A program made the translations under genes and the position numbers. The notes below the pieces were generated by a model. It was not told the origin of the DNA. It saw nothing but the letters and a program-made list of their open reading frames with translations, and did not search any database. A stretch of 64,000 bases of DNA, from contig CAZCHS010000001.1 of NCBI GenBank assembly GCA_964498725.1, positions 1,666 to 65,665 on the forward strand, in the 5' to 3' direction. Numbering within the stretch: the stretch's first letter is position 1; each line of letters opens with the position of its first letter. Positions 20,097-28,626 of this stretch are shown piece after piece. The DNA comes from an uncultured bacterium. Lineage in GTDB: Bacteria; Fidelibacterota; UBA2242; JAFGTP01.

Positions 20097-20492
20097 TCAG
20101 CAATAATCTGGAAACCTCAGGAGAGAAAGAGGAGGGGCGCGTAAATAATTTAGATGGAGGGTATGATCGCTTAGTTGGAACTTGTGCTTGTAAATTTTCC
20201 AAACCCGACCTTCAAAAAACAAGATAAAGCAGAGTATGTATATTCCAAAGGAGATCAGGATATTGGATAGTAAAAGATTAAGAAATTCAAAGGAATTGTG
20301 AGAGTGCTCTGTTGAACCGGAACTGCCGGTATTGTTGGCCGGTAAGTGAGAGTGAACAATTGTGAAACCGGTGCTATTCTTGTGAATATGCAAATAATTG
20401 GAATTAATAATAAGAAAAGAAAAAAATATCAATATGGAAATCAGGGAAATTGATTTTGTAATGAATTGGTATTTATTTTTAATTTTTATCAT
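20097..20492 (-). CDS. His-rich two-TM small membrane protein, putative metal-binding
   Basis: 131 aa. Two hydrophobic segments flank HIHKNSTGFTIVHSHLPANNTGSSGSTEHSHNSFEF. Its start lies 3 nt after the regulator stop. Confidence 0.4.
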   Translation of the reverse strand: MIKIKNKYQFITKSISLISILIFFSFLIINSNYLHIHKNSTGFTIVHSHLPANNTGSSGSTEHSHNSFEFLNLLLSNILISFGIYILCFILFFEGRVWKIYKHKFQLSDHTLHLNYLRAPPLSLLRFPDYC

Positions 20493-20495
20493 TGA

Positions 20496-20951
20496 TCAGG
20501 AACTCAGCAGGGGTTTAAAAGTTTGGAATTCCGGTGAAGAGACAACATTTTCCCGGCAAAAGCCGGCGAAACTTTCCAGTCTCTTCAGTACCTCTTGTGA
20601 TATGACATGTTCCATCCGGCAGGCACATTTCAGGGCTTCATGTTCTTCCATTTGTAAGCATTCAATAAAAAATTCAGACAGGATTTTCCGTTTATGTAGG
20701 ACATCATTAACAATCTTTTGTCCTTTTTTGGTCAGGCTGATATGTTTGTTGGCGTCAAATTTTATGAAGTTACTTTCCTCAAGGCGGCTTAAGGTGATTG
20801 ATACACTACCCCGGGTGATGTTTAATTTTTTGGATATATCGGTTGTGCGGGCATATCCTTGTTCTGTCAGCAGTTGATGTACCGCCATCAGGTGATGAAC
20901 ACTGCTGTGCTTTAATTCTCCCGCTTCAATTTTTTGCCAGTCTGTACTCAT
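20496..20951 (-). CDS. DtxR/MntR/IdeR family metal-dependent transcriptional regulator
   Basis: N-terminal wHTH ARTTDISKKLNITRGSVSITLSRLEE, then a metal-binding/dimerisation domain with His, Glu and Cys residues. 151 aa. Confidence 0.7.
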   Translation of the reverse strand: MSTDWQKIEAGELKHSSVHHLMAVHQLLTEQGYARTTDISKKLNITRGSVSITLSRLEESNFIKFDANKHISLTKKGQKIVNDVLHKRKILSEFFIECLQMEEHEALKCACRMEHVISQEVLKRLESFAGFCRENVVSSPEFQTFKPLLSS

Positions 20952-20983
20952 GTTTCACTCTCAGTTATATGTTTTATTCATAA

Positions 20984-21022
20984 AACAATTGTTAATGCTG
21001 TAATTTAGGAAGCGATTAATTG
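20984..21022. promoter_or_regulatory. candidate autoregulatory operator in the divergent promoter region: perfect palindrome AACAATTGTT plus CGATTAATTG
   Basis: Shares both motifs with the region at 19973-20002. Confidence 0.35.
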
Positions 21023-21080
21023 CAAAGCAATGAAATTTTTTTTCATTTTTTAGTAAAACAATCGTAGGTTTTGGTAGTAT

Positions 21081-21623
21081 TTGAAGGATTGGAAAATGAA
21101 CTGGTATCTGACATTTGTAAAGACCCATGGACTTTTGTCGGCGATTATACAATTTGCGATTTTAGGAACCCTGGGAGAATTTATTTCCCGCTGGATCGTG
21201 GCAAAAAAGTTACACAATCCCTTTACAGGACTGGAAACACTCTGGAAAATGACAGAGTGGGGAATTTTGGCCATTATGATCAAGTATGCCTTTGCAGGCT
21301 ACCAGGGATTTATTGATCATTTGATAGCCCATCAATATTTGCCGCCGCTGTCGGGATTGATGAGAAGTTTTGCCCTGTCAGTGTCGATGAATTTACAATT
21401 TGGCTTGCTGCTGGTTATTTTTCACCGGGTGCTTGACAATTTATTCAAAAAAAATAAAAACTGGGATAACATCGACAAAGGATTGTATTCCTTATTGTGG
21501 TTTTGGATACCGGCCCATACAATTACCTTTACATTACCGAAAAATTATCAGATCGGACTGGCGGCTCTTTGGTCGGTTGTTTTAGGTATAATTCTTGGTT
21601 TTTTTAACAGAAAGAGGAGTTGA
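21081..21623 (+). CDS. hypothetical 4-TM membrane protein (the start may be the MNWYL Met at 21096)
   Basis: Hydrophobic segments. Divergent from the DtxR-family gene. Confidence 0.4.
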   Translation: MKDWKMNWYLTFVKTHGLLSAIIQFAILGTLGEFISRWIVAKKLHNPFTGLETLWKMTEWGILAIMIKYAFAGYQGFIDHLIAHQYLPPLSGLMRSFALSVSMNLQFGLLLVIFHRVLDNLFKKNKNWDNIDKGLYSLLWFWIPAHTITFTLPKNYQIGLAALWSVVLGIILGFFNRKRS

Positions 21624-21627
21624 TATT

Positions 21628-22605
21628 TTGAAAAGCTTATTCAAATTTATTTTTATATTTATAATTGTAGTCAGCGCATTAGCCTTTGTTTTTTATCAAA
21701 GCTCATTGTATACAAAATATGTCAATGAACATTTTGCTGCTGAAGTATTACCGGAATGGAAAAATGTTTTGGAAAATTCCTACCTCTATGATAATTCAAA
21801 TCTGGAGCGGTTATCCTACAAATTTAACCGTAGTATCAATGTTAAACTGAAACGGCGGGCCACATATAATCCCCAGGACACCAAAAAATTGTTCAATGAT
21901 TTTGTAGCCAAATATACCGCCAGTACTGATACGCTATCTTTCATGCTCTTGCCATTAAAAACTTATGATATCAAATTTTATCTTGCTGACGCTGAGGACT
22001 ATGGCCCGGCTTTTATCTACAAAAATGGCGAGGTCATAAATAATTATTCCGAGTTACGCGAACAGATCATAAAAAAAGATAATGAACGGGCCGCCGAGAA
22101 AAAGGCTGAAAAAGAGCGGGAACAAAAACAGGCCAGGAATAAAGAACTGGCACAAAAAGCTTTTGGTTTTATTAATTTTGGTGATTCTGTTGAAGAAGCA
22201 AATCTGAAATTTGAAGAGGACCCGCGGATTAAAACAGAAGAATTGATGATCAATAATCCTATCTATACCGTAAATCTGGGTGGGTATAAATATAATCTAA
22301 AACCTGTTTACAGAGATGAAAAATTGCATCTGATCAACCTGGTCAGTGATGCGTATTTACCTGCTCAATATAAAACGGAATTGAAAAAAAACTGGGAAGA
22401 TATTATCGACTTTTATAATCAATTGCATGGTCATACCGATTCAAAATTCATTGCAAAAGATGAAATTGAGGAAGAATTCATCGAATGGACTGCCGAATGG
22501 AATATCGCCAAGAAAAGTATTAAGGTGGGACTGAGTAAAAACAATGACCGCTATCATGTGGTGGTTTGGATCAGTCATAAAGACTATCCCGTGGATAAAT
22601 TTTAA
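21628..22605 (+). CDS. hypothetical signal-anchored protein with a central Lys/Glu-rich coiled-coil
   Basis: TTG start at 21628, preceded by AAGAGGAG. This start replaces the overlapping 21595 start used by the track. ERAAEKKAEKEREQKQARNKELAQKA segment. Confidence 0.45.
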   Translation: MKSLFKFIFIFIIVVSALAFVFYQSSLYTKYVNEHFAAEVLPEWKNVLENSYLYDNSNLERLSYKFNRSINVKLKRRATYNPQDTKKLFNDFVAKYTASTDTLSFMLLPLKTYDIKFYLADAEDYGPAFIYKNGEVINNYSELREQIIKKDNERAAEKKAEKEREQKQARNKELAQKAFGFINFGDSVEEANLKFEEDPRIKTEELMINNPIYTVNLGGYKYNLKPVYRDEKLHLINLVSDAYLPAQYKTELKKNWEDIIDFYNQLHGHTDSKFIAKDEIEEEFIEWTAEWNIAKKSIKVGLSKNNDRYHVVVWISHKDYPVDKF

Positions 22606-22637
22606 AATAATTGAGAAAATCACCCTCTAAAAATCCC

Positions 22638-22672
22638 AAAGCCTTCATAAAAATGAAGGCTTTCAACTTTTT
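22638..22672 (+). terminator. rho-independent terminator AAAGCCTTCAT-AAAA-ATGAAGGCTTT followed by a T-run
   Basis: 11-bp perfect stem, then CAACTTTTT. Confidence 0.5.
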
Positions 22673-22702
22673 GGTAAGTTTGGCAGTTGTTTGGGACTCA
22701 AT
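22671..22702. repeat. intergenic motif TTGGTAAGTTTGGCAGTTGTTTgGGACTCAA (copy 1 of 2)
   Basis: A 22-nt identical core with a 30-nt near-identical extent recurs at 23636-23666. Confidence 0.5.
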
Positions 22703-22985
22703 TTTAAGATAAGAAAAAAAACTATAAAATCAAAAAAATAATCACAATTTAAAGCCATATATTTGAACTTTGATACCGCAATCAATTTACTTATTACCCT
22801 ATATATTTCTTTATTCCTTTTAATTTTAAATCCAGTCGGATTATTGGTAACTATTGGACGTTACCCATGATGATTTTTTATAATTTGAAGAGGACATGTA
22901 AAAGTGAAAAAAATTACTTTTGGTGACAACTTTTACAAATTATGATAAGTCGTAAGGCTGTATTTATTGAAATAAAGGAAAGGAA

Positions 22986-23573
22986 TTGATGATGAAGAAA
23001 TTAAATGTATTGTTTGTGATTATTCTGGCGCTGGTGTTCAGCGGCCAGGTGTTTGCCGGTAATCCTCAAATTACCAATGAAAGGTTTGCCCTGGGAGCCA
23101 TGTCTTTATGCGCTTTAAATGAAACTCTTCAGGGACAAGGGGCTCTGGACGTGTATGTATTAGGCAATATTGATATTGCCGAAGAATTAAAGATATTTCT
23201 TGACCAGCGTGTTGGATTTATTAAACTGAATTCTATTATCGCCGGTGATAAATTACCGTCTGAAAAACCTGATGTTCTGATGGTTTGTGACCCGTCCAAA
23301 TGCAAAGAAGCCATCCGGTATTGTCGCGATAACAATGTTTTTAGTGTGACCAATGTCTCAGAACTGTGCCGGCAGGGACTTGCCACAGCAATTGTAACCC
23401 AAAAAACTGAACCCGGTGAAAATAAATATTCAATGACCTCGGTATTTGCAAAAATCAATAAAGAAGCATTGTACGCTGAAGGAATGGTTTTTAATCCCCA
23501 GGTAATGGATATTGCTAAACCGGTTGAAGATAATCAGTTTGACCAGGACCTGGTCATGGTTCAACTTTATTAG
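22986..23573 (+). CDS. secreted protein, DUF4154/YfiR-like (paralog 1)
   Basis: Signal peptide. ERFALGAMSLCALNETLQ N-terminus. Overall pattern resembles YfiR-family periplasmic proteins. Ends QLY. Confidence 0.45.
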   Translation: MMMKKLNVLFVIILALVFSGQVFAGNPQITNERFALGAMSLCALNETLQGQGALDVYVLGNIDIAEELKIFLDQRVGFIKLNSIIAGDKLPSEKPDVLMVCDPSKCKEAIRYCRDNNVFSVTNVSELCRQGLATAIVTQKTEPGENKYSMTSVFAKINKEALYAEGMVFNPQVMDIAKPVEDNQFDQDLVMVQLY

Positions 23574-23635
23574 TATCTAATTATATTTTTTGCAGTTTGA
23601 TTCCTTTTCCAATGAGTATAAATGATATGTTATAT

Positions 23636-23666
23636 TTGGTAAGTTTGGCAGTTGTTTAGACTCAAA
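23636..23666. repeat. intergenic motif TTGGTAAGTTTGGCAGTTGTTTAGACTCAAA (copy 2 of 2)
   Basis: Same core as 22671-22692. Confidence 0.5.
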
Positions 23667-23690
23667 AAGAGAAGGTCGGAAAAAATAAAA

Positions 23691-23722
23691 AAGCAATCTT
23701 TCAATAGATTGCTTTTTTATTT
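23691..23722 (+). terminator. rho-independent terminator AAGCAATCT-ttcaat-AGATTGCTT followed by TTTTATTT
   Basis: 9-bp perfect stem plus a T-run. Confidence 0.5.
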
Positions 23723-23843
23723 ATAAACAAACAGTTAATCTCTTAAAAAAATGAAAAAAAATTAATTTTTTTGACAACTTTTTTTTATATGTCGAATCGT
23801 AAGGCTGTGAATTAATTAAAAGAATAAAAGAAAGGGTATTGTT

Positions 23844-24425
23844 ATGAAGAAATTAAATTTAACACTGGTTTTGGTACTTGTCTTGACACTTGCCGTACAA
23901 ACTTTTGCCGGGGATTTTCGTCTCACTAACAAAAGATTTGTACTGGGTGCAATGTCACTCGTTGCTTTGAATGAAACTCTACAGTCCAAAGATGAACTGA
24001 CTGTTCATGTCATCGGCAACCAATATGTAGCTGAAGAACTGGTTATTTACAAAGACCAGAAAGTTGGCGCCGCCACACTTGTAAAAATCTCCTGCAGCAC
24101 AGACCTTCCGGTTAATAAACCTGATGTAATCCTTGTTACTGAAGGTGCTGATGTTCAGCAAGTCGTGGAATATTGCCAGGACAACGGTGTCTTCAGTATT
24201 GCCAATAATACTGAGGCCTGCCGTCAGGGAATTTCAACTGCCGTAGCAGCCAAATTGCCATTGATTTTAGACCATCCGTATTCGATCAGCTCTGTTTATG
24301 CAAAAATTAATACTTCCTCTTTGTTTGCCGAGGGTATGAAACTGAATACCCAGGTCAAGTCGGTTTCAAAAGAGGTTGAGAAATCGGATTATGATGAAGA
24401 ATTAGCCGTTATCCAGCTTTACTAA
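23844..24425 (+). CDS. secreted protein, DUF4154/YfiR-like (paralog 2)
   Basis: Paralog of 22986-23573, with the same N-terminus KRFVLGAMSLVALNETLQ and C-terminal QLY. Its roughly 85-nt promoter and 5'UTR block is duplicated (GACAACTTTT...TATG...TCGTAAGGCTGT...AAAGGAAAGG). Confidence 0.45.
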   Translation: MKKLNLTLVLVLVLTLAVQTFAGDFRLTNKRFVLGAMSLVALNETLQSKDELTVHVIGNQYVAEELVIYKDQKVGAATLVKISCSTDLPVNKPDVILVTEGADVQQVVEYCQDNGVFSIANNTEACRQGISTAVAAKLPLILDHPYSISSVYAKINTSSLFAEGMKLNTQVKSVSKEVEKSDYDEELAVIQLY

Positions 24426-24452
24426 ACTTACCAATTAATAACATGATTGCTC

Positions 24453-24490
24453 GCCGGGCAGTTCTTTATGGGCTGCCCGGTTTATTTTTA
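24453..24490 (+). terminator. rho-independent terminator GCCGGGCAG-loop-CTGCCCGGT followed by TTTATTTTT
   Basis: GC-rich 8-9 bp stem plus a T-run after the stop at 24425. Confidence 0.55.
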
Positions 24491-24591
24491 CTGCGAACTT
24501 AATCAGTGCCTAAATTATTATCACGGTGTCCTCTGCCGGTTAGGGTATAATCTTTTGTTTTATAATTAAAAATTTACCATTATCTTTGTTT

Positions 24592-25071
24592 ATGAATATA
24601 TTCGTACTGGATAAAGATATCCAAAAATGTGTTGAATACCACGCTGACCAGCATGTGATCAAAATGGTGTTGGAATACGCGCAAATGCTCTGCACGGTTT
24701 TAAATGAAAACGGAATCAGCGCCCCTTACCGCTCCACTCATCGCAACCATCCCTGTACACTCTGGGCCGGAAAATCCCTGGGTAATTGGAAATGGCTCAG
24801 GAATTTAGGGCAGGCGTTAAATGAAGAGTACAAATACCGCTACGATAAAACCGAAGATCACAGATCGGCTAAAATCATTCAGTCCCTTCCGGAACCGCCA
24901 CTACAAGACATCGGCCTGACAGAATTTCCCCAGGCTATGCCCGATGCGTATAAAGTTGCAGGCGATCCGGTTCAGGGGTATCGAAATTTTTATATTCATG
25001 ACAAATCCCGCTTTGCAAAATGGACAAAACGTCCGGTACCGGCATGGTTTCAAAATACGATGCAATCATAA
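24592..25071 (+). CDS. hypothetical protein, candidate T4 endonuclease V-like pyrimidine-dimer DNA glycosylase
   Basis: 159 aa. The match rests on recalled similarity: N-terminal ..HADQHVIKMVLEYAQML against denV ..LADQHLMAEYRELPRV, and C-terminal KRPVPAWF against QRPTWYKY. No database search was run. Confidence 0.35.
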   Translation: MNIFVLDKDIQKCVEYHADQHVIKMVLEYAQMLCTVLNENGISAPYRSTHRNHPCTLWAGKSLGNWKWLRNLGQALNEEYKYRYDKTEDHRSAKIIQSLPEPPLQDIGLTEFPQAMPDAYKVAGDPVQGYRNFYIHDKSRFAKWTKRPVPAWFQNTMQS

Positions 25072-25484
25072 ACCGGGTATTTCCAAACGCTGAGATGAGA
25101 GCTTGCTTCAATGCAATACCCAATACAATGAAAATACTAAAAAAGTCAAAGGCTTGCTTTCTGTTTTTGAGGAATTATTCCCTGGTAAATGGATCAATTT
25201 TTTTAACCAATCCTCCCGTCGAAATGGTGACGATTGCGTGGAGGGGTTTCAGATAGTGTATCCATAGTGACCTTTAGAATTAAACAAATTTTGCAGATTT
25301 TTCTAAACCTGCAGGGAGTGGTTCCAAAGCTCCAGGCAAATACGTTCCCAAATTTAATTTGGGAATGAGTTTAAAAATGGGAATGAGTGAAAAGACCTAG
25401 ATCGAATTCTAATTAATTCCACTTCTATGACAACAGAGCCCTCTGTAATGTGTCAGACAATAGTATAAAAAAGAGGAGGGACCA

Positions 25485-25568
25485 TTGAAAATTGGAAAAT
25501 TGTTATTTGTAAATTTATTATTAGTTGTAACCCTGTTGGCCTCTGTTGATGCGGAGGAACTCTATTAG
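25485..25568 (+). CDS. 27-codon hydrophobic peptide ORF (MKIGKLLFVNLLLVVTLLASVDAEELY, TTG start)
   Basis: Strong SD AAGAGGAGGGA 4-5 nt upstream. Preceded by direct repeats and hairpins. Not in the ORF track because of size. Confidence 0.3.
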   Translation: MKIGKLLFVNLLLVVTLLASVDAEELY

Positions 25569-25628
25569 TCAGCAAAATACCACCTTTTTATTGAAGATTA
25601 CACTCATCATGATCCGGACACATTAGCA

Positions 25629-26030
25629 TTGGATAAAAAATTAATATACTGGCAGGCGAAAGCACGTATCGGCAAGGCTGATGAAGTGTTACCGGAACTT
25701 CTGAAAGTAATGGCTCGAAACCATCCAAATTCAGAAATATATACAACTGCTTGCATTGTTTTTCACGCTTTGGGTGAGTTTGAATTAGCAACAGGATATT
25801 TTAATTCTGCCGGCAAATTGGATGACCGGAATGCCAAACTCCTGGTTGCCGGTTCCTTACTCCATACTGATTTGCATAATAATGAGCAAGGGCTTGAATA
25901 TCTGAATAAAGCAGCTGAAATTTCTCCTAATATTGTAAATACACCATTATATCAACAGTGCAAATTGCGCTGCCTTAAAGCCGCCAATAATTTACCTATG
26001 ATACAGGATTATATGATGCTGTCATGGTAG
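25629..26030 (+). CDS. hypothetical helical-repeat (TPR-like) protein; start uncertain (TTG at 25629 or ATG at 25713)
   Basis: 133-aa ORF with helical-hairpin-like composition. Confidence 0.35.
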   Translation: MDKKLIYWQAKARIGKADEVLPELLKVMARNHPNSEIYTTACIVFHALGEFELATGYFNSAGKLDDRNAKLLVAGSLLHTDLHNNEQGLEYLNKAAEISPNIVNTPLYQQCKLRCLKAANNLPMIQDYMMLSW

Positions 26031-26118
26031 GCCCTTATGCTCTTGAGGGGAAAAATATTATCTCTTTTAATCCTTTTTCCCATCAGATCATTCTGGAAAC
26101 CGGAGTAAAAGTTTATTA

Positions 26119-26664
26119 TCAGGCAATCGGAAGTGCGATTGAAGAAAAGCCGATCCACAAGACAATAAAATCCATAATGATCCCGCCCAGAAACGCGACA
26201 AAAACAGGATTGGACCGGTATACTTTTTTGATTTCCAAAATATCATCAGGTGTGAAAACTATTTCCTCTGTACCGACCATTGCTTTTAATTCATATGTAA
26301 AAACACGTTCCCGGTAGACGGATTTTAATCCCTCGGGAGAATATGGGCTGCCATTGCGATACAGGGTGGTAATCTTATTGATGGGAATGATTTCCTGCTG
26401 CCCCATATCATTTTCCAATAGCAATTGATGATAATTGAGACCGGTAAAAATACCATTGAAATACAATGAACCACATCTGACTGTCAATGTATCGCCGGGT
26501 TCTGGTAATTCCGTCTTGTTAAACTCTGAAACAATTGTGTTGTATTTATTTCCGGTTGGTCTGATGGATTTATCCTGAATTCGGTGAAAAGAGATCACTT
26601 CCGCCTCAACCAGTTGATTATCCGGTGTAATGATCCTGACCTGATCATTTTTTTCTCTCCCCAA
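26119..26664 (-). CDS. hypothetical C-terminally membrane-anchored protein (paralog B)
   Basis: 181 aa with a C-terminal TM. Its C-terminal half is similar to the upstream neighbour (LYRNGSPY/IRSASRNGETF; D.IV..W in the TM). Confidence 0.45.
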   Translation of the reverse strand: MGREKNDQVRIITPDNQLVEAEVISFHRIQDKSIRPTGNKYNTIVSEFNKTELPEPGDTLTVRCGSLYFNGIFTGLNYHQLLLENDMGQQEIIPINKITTLYRNGSPYSPEGLKSVYRERVFTYELKAMVGTEEIVFTPDDILEIKKVYRSNPVFVAFLGGIIMDFIVLWIGFSSIALPIA

Positions 26665-27330
26665 TCATTGAAGACCAAGGGGTATTCCGACATGATAGAT
26701 TAGCCAGGTAAAAAATACTATTCCATCCAAAAAGAGTCCGGCTAAGATACCCATAGGTACCCAGGGTTTAAATTTCAGTCTTTTCAGGCTGGCGATTTCG
26801 TCGCTGCTGACCAGAATTGTTTTATTTCCCCATTTCAATTTCAATTCATAGGGTTGGTGGTTTTTTACAATTCTTCGCATTTTCCCAATATTGAAGGTCT
26901 CGCCATTCCTGGAAGCGGATCGAATATGATTAATTTTAATTGCATGTTCATCTCCAAATTCATCGGTAAGAAAAATATGATCAAAATCAAACCGCGTATA
27001 TAATCCGCTGTAGCTTTTAAATCTTGTATTCAATAGGAGCGTATCATTCGTGGTTGGAAAGAAATGCCCATATTCGGGCTGAATGATTTTGTTGATTGGT
27101 GGATTCGGAGGAGCCGATAATAGTCTGCGTTCCAGCACTTCACCGTAAACAATTTCGTCATTCGTCTTGATAATCTTGACGTAGGTTTCTTTGTACAATT
27201 TATTAACGTCATAGATTTCTGCGTAATCAGGACTTTTATCTAATTTCGCGACAGCCACCGGTACCGCAATGGTACAGTGCTGGATAAACAGTAGGCCGAT
27301 CAGAAGAACTGTTAATTGCCGCCTGATCAA
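26665..27330 (-). CDS. hypothetical secreted and C-terminally anchored protein (paralog A)
   Basis: 221 aa with an N-terminal signal and a C-terminal TM. Paralog of 26119-26664. Sits immediately downstream of hflX. Confidence 0.45.
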   Translation of the reverse strand: MIRRQLTVLLIGLLFIQHCTIAVPVAVAKLDKSPDYAEIYDVNKLYKETYVKIIKTNDEIVYGEVLERRLLSAPPNPPINKIIQPEYGHFFPTTNDTLLLNTRFKSYSGLYTRFDFDHIFLTDEFGDEHAIKINHIRSASRNGETFNIGKMRRIVKNHQPYELKLKWGNKTILVSSDEIASLKRLKFKPWVPMGILAGLFLDGIVFFTWLIYHVGIPLGLQ

Positions 27331-27333
27331 ATG

Positions 27334-28617
27334 CTATTCCGCGCAAATATATTTTTTGAAGCTATTCTCTATCCGGTTCCACCGGGGCTTATCCACGACA
27401 CATTCGATTTCCGCGTTTTCATCGACATAATCTTCCCGGGTAATTGTAGCGTATTTTCGCAGGGTAACAATATCATTCATTTGGTCAATAGGAATATTCA
27501 GGTTGAGATTGACTTTTAAGGATTCCAAAAAGTCAGTGATTTTCTTGCGTAAATGATGAATGTTCAGTTTTTTCAGGGCCGACAGAAATACCGCATTGGG
27601 GAATTGTTGTTTGGCTTTCAGCAGTTGGGATTTATTCATACTGTCAATTTTATTGAAGACGGTAATGGCTGGTTTATCAATGGCTTTCAGATCCATAAGC
27701 ACCTCATTAACAGAGTCCAACTGCTCAAAGCACTGATCGGAACTGAGATCAGCCACTTTGATGATCAAATCCGCGTCCACCACTTCACTGAGAGTTGTTC
27801 GAAAAGAGGCTGCCAGGTTCGGTGGCATTTTACGAATAAACCCAACGGTATCGCTGAGCAGCACGGTATTGTCTTTGTCAATTTTCCATTTTCTGATCGT
27901 GGTGTCCAGTGTCGCAAAGAGTTCATTTTTGATATAAACATCGGAATCCGTCAGCGCCCGCATCAGTGTGGATTTGCCGGCGTTGGTATAGCCCACCAGG
28001 GCAATATTGATCTCACCCTGCCGGCGCTTTTTCTGCAAATTATGTTGTTTCTCTATTTTGTCCAGTTCTTTTTTCAGTTTCTGGATTCGGGTACGCACCA
28101 GACGGCGGTCAATTTCGATCTGGGTTTCACCCATACCGCCGCGGACGCCGATACCACCGGTCTGTCGCTCAAGGTGTGTCCATAATTTTGTCAGTCGTGG
28201 CAGCATGTATTCAGAGCGCGCCAGTTCCACCTGGGTTTTTGCTTCCCGGGTGCGGGCGTGCCTGGCGAAGATTTCCAGAATGATGCCGGTTCGGTCAATT
28301 ACTTTCTTATCAATAGTTTTGCCCAGGTTTTTATTTTGTGACGGGGAGAGTTCCACATCGAAGATCACTTCATCGATGCTCATGGCTTTGACAATACTTT
28401 TTATTTCCTGCACTTTGCCGGAGCCGATATAAGTGCCGGATTTTATTTCATTGACATTGACCTCTATAACATCGATGATATTATATCCCAATGTTTCAGT
28501 CAGTCGTTTTAATTCTTCCAGGTGCTCACTCATTTCCAGGCGTTCCTGAACATTGGCGGCAACACCAATCAGCAGGACTTTTCTTGTTTCTTCTTTGACA
28601 CGTTCAGTATGTTTCAT
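27334..28617 (-). CDS. hflX: GTPase HflX
   Basis: HflX N-domain, G1 LVGYTNAGKSTL, G3 DTVGF, 427 aa. Confidence 0.85.
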   Translation of the reverse strand: MKHTERVKEETRKVLLIGVAANVQERLEMSEHLEELKRLTETLGYNIIDVIEVNVNEIKSGTYIGSGKVQEIKSIVKAMSIDEVIFDVELSPSQNKNLGKTIDKKVIDRTGIILEIFARHARTREAKTQVELARSEYMLPRLTKLWTHLERQTGGIGVRGGMGETQIEIDRRLVRTRIQKLKKELDKIEKQHNLQKKRRQGEINIALVGYTNAGKSTLMRALTDSDVYIKNELFATLDTTIRKWKIDKDNTVLLSDTVGFIRKMPPNLAASFRTTLSEVVDADLIIKVADLSSDQCFEQLDSVNEVLMDLKAIDKPAITVFNKIDSMNKSQLLKAKQQFPNAVFLSALKKLNIHHLRKKITDFLESLKVNLNLNIPIDQMNDIVTLRKYATITREDYVDENAEIECVVDKPRWNRIENSFKKYICAE

Positions 28618-28626
28618 TGATTCCTT

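Noticed and set aside
21595-21627. Track start of the 336-aa ORF overlapping the preceding membrane protein gene
   Set aside because: An in-frame TTG at 21628 with AAGAGGAG 8 nt upstream removes the overlap and yields a typical signal-anchor N-terminus.
22679-22696. TGGCAG-N-TTGTT-TGGG within the repeated intergenic motif, considered as a sigma-54 (-24/-12) promoter
   Set aside because: The GG at -24 is present, but the -12 position is GG or GA instead of GC in the two copies, and no EBP or sigma-54 activator gene is nearby. Kept only as a repeated motif.
26024-26317. 97-aa plus-strand ORF
   Set aside because: It overlaps the better-supported minus-strand tail-anchored gene 26119-26664 and has no start context.
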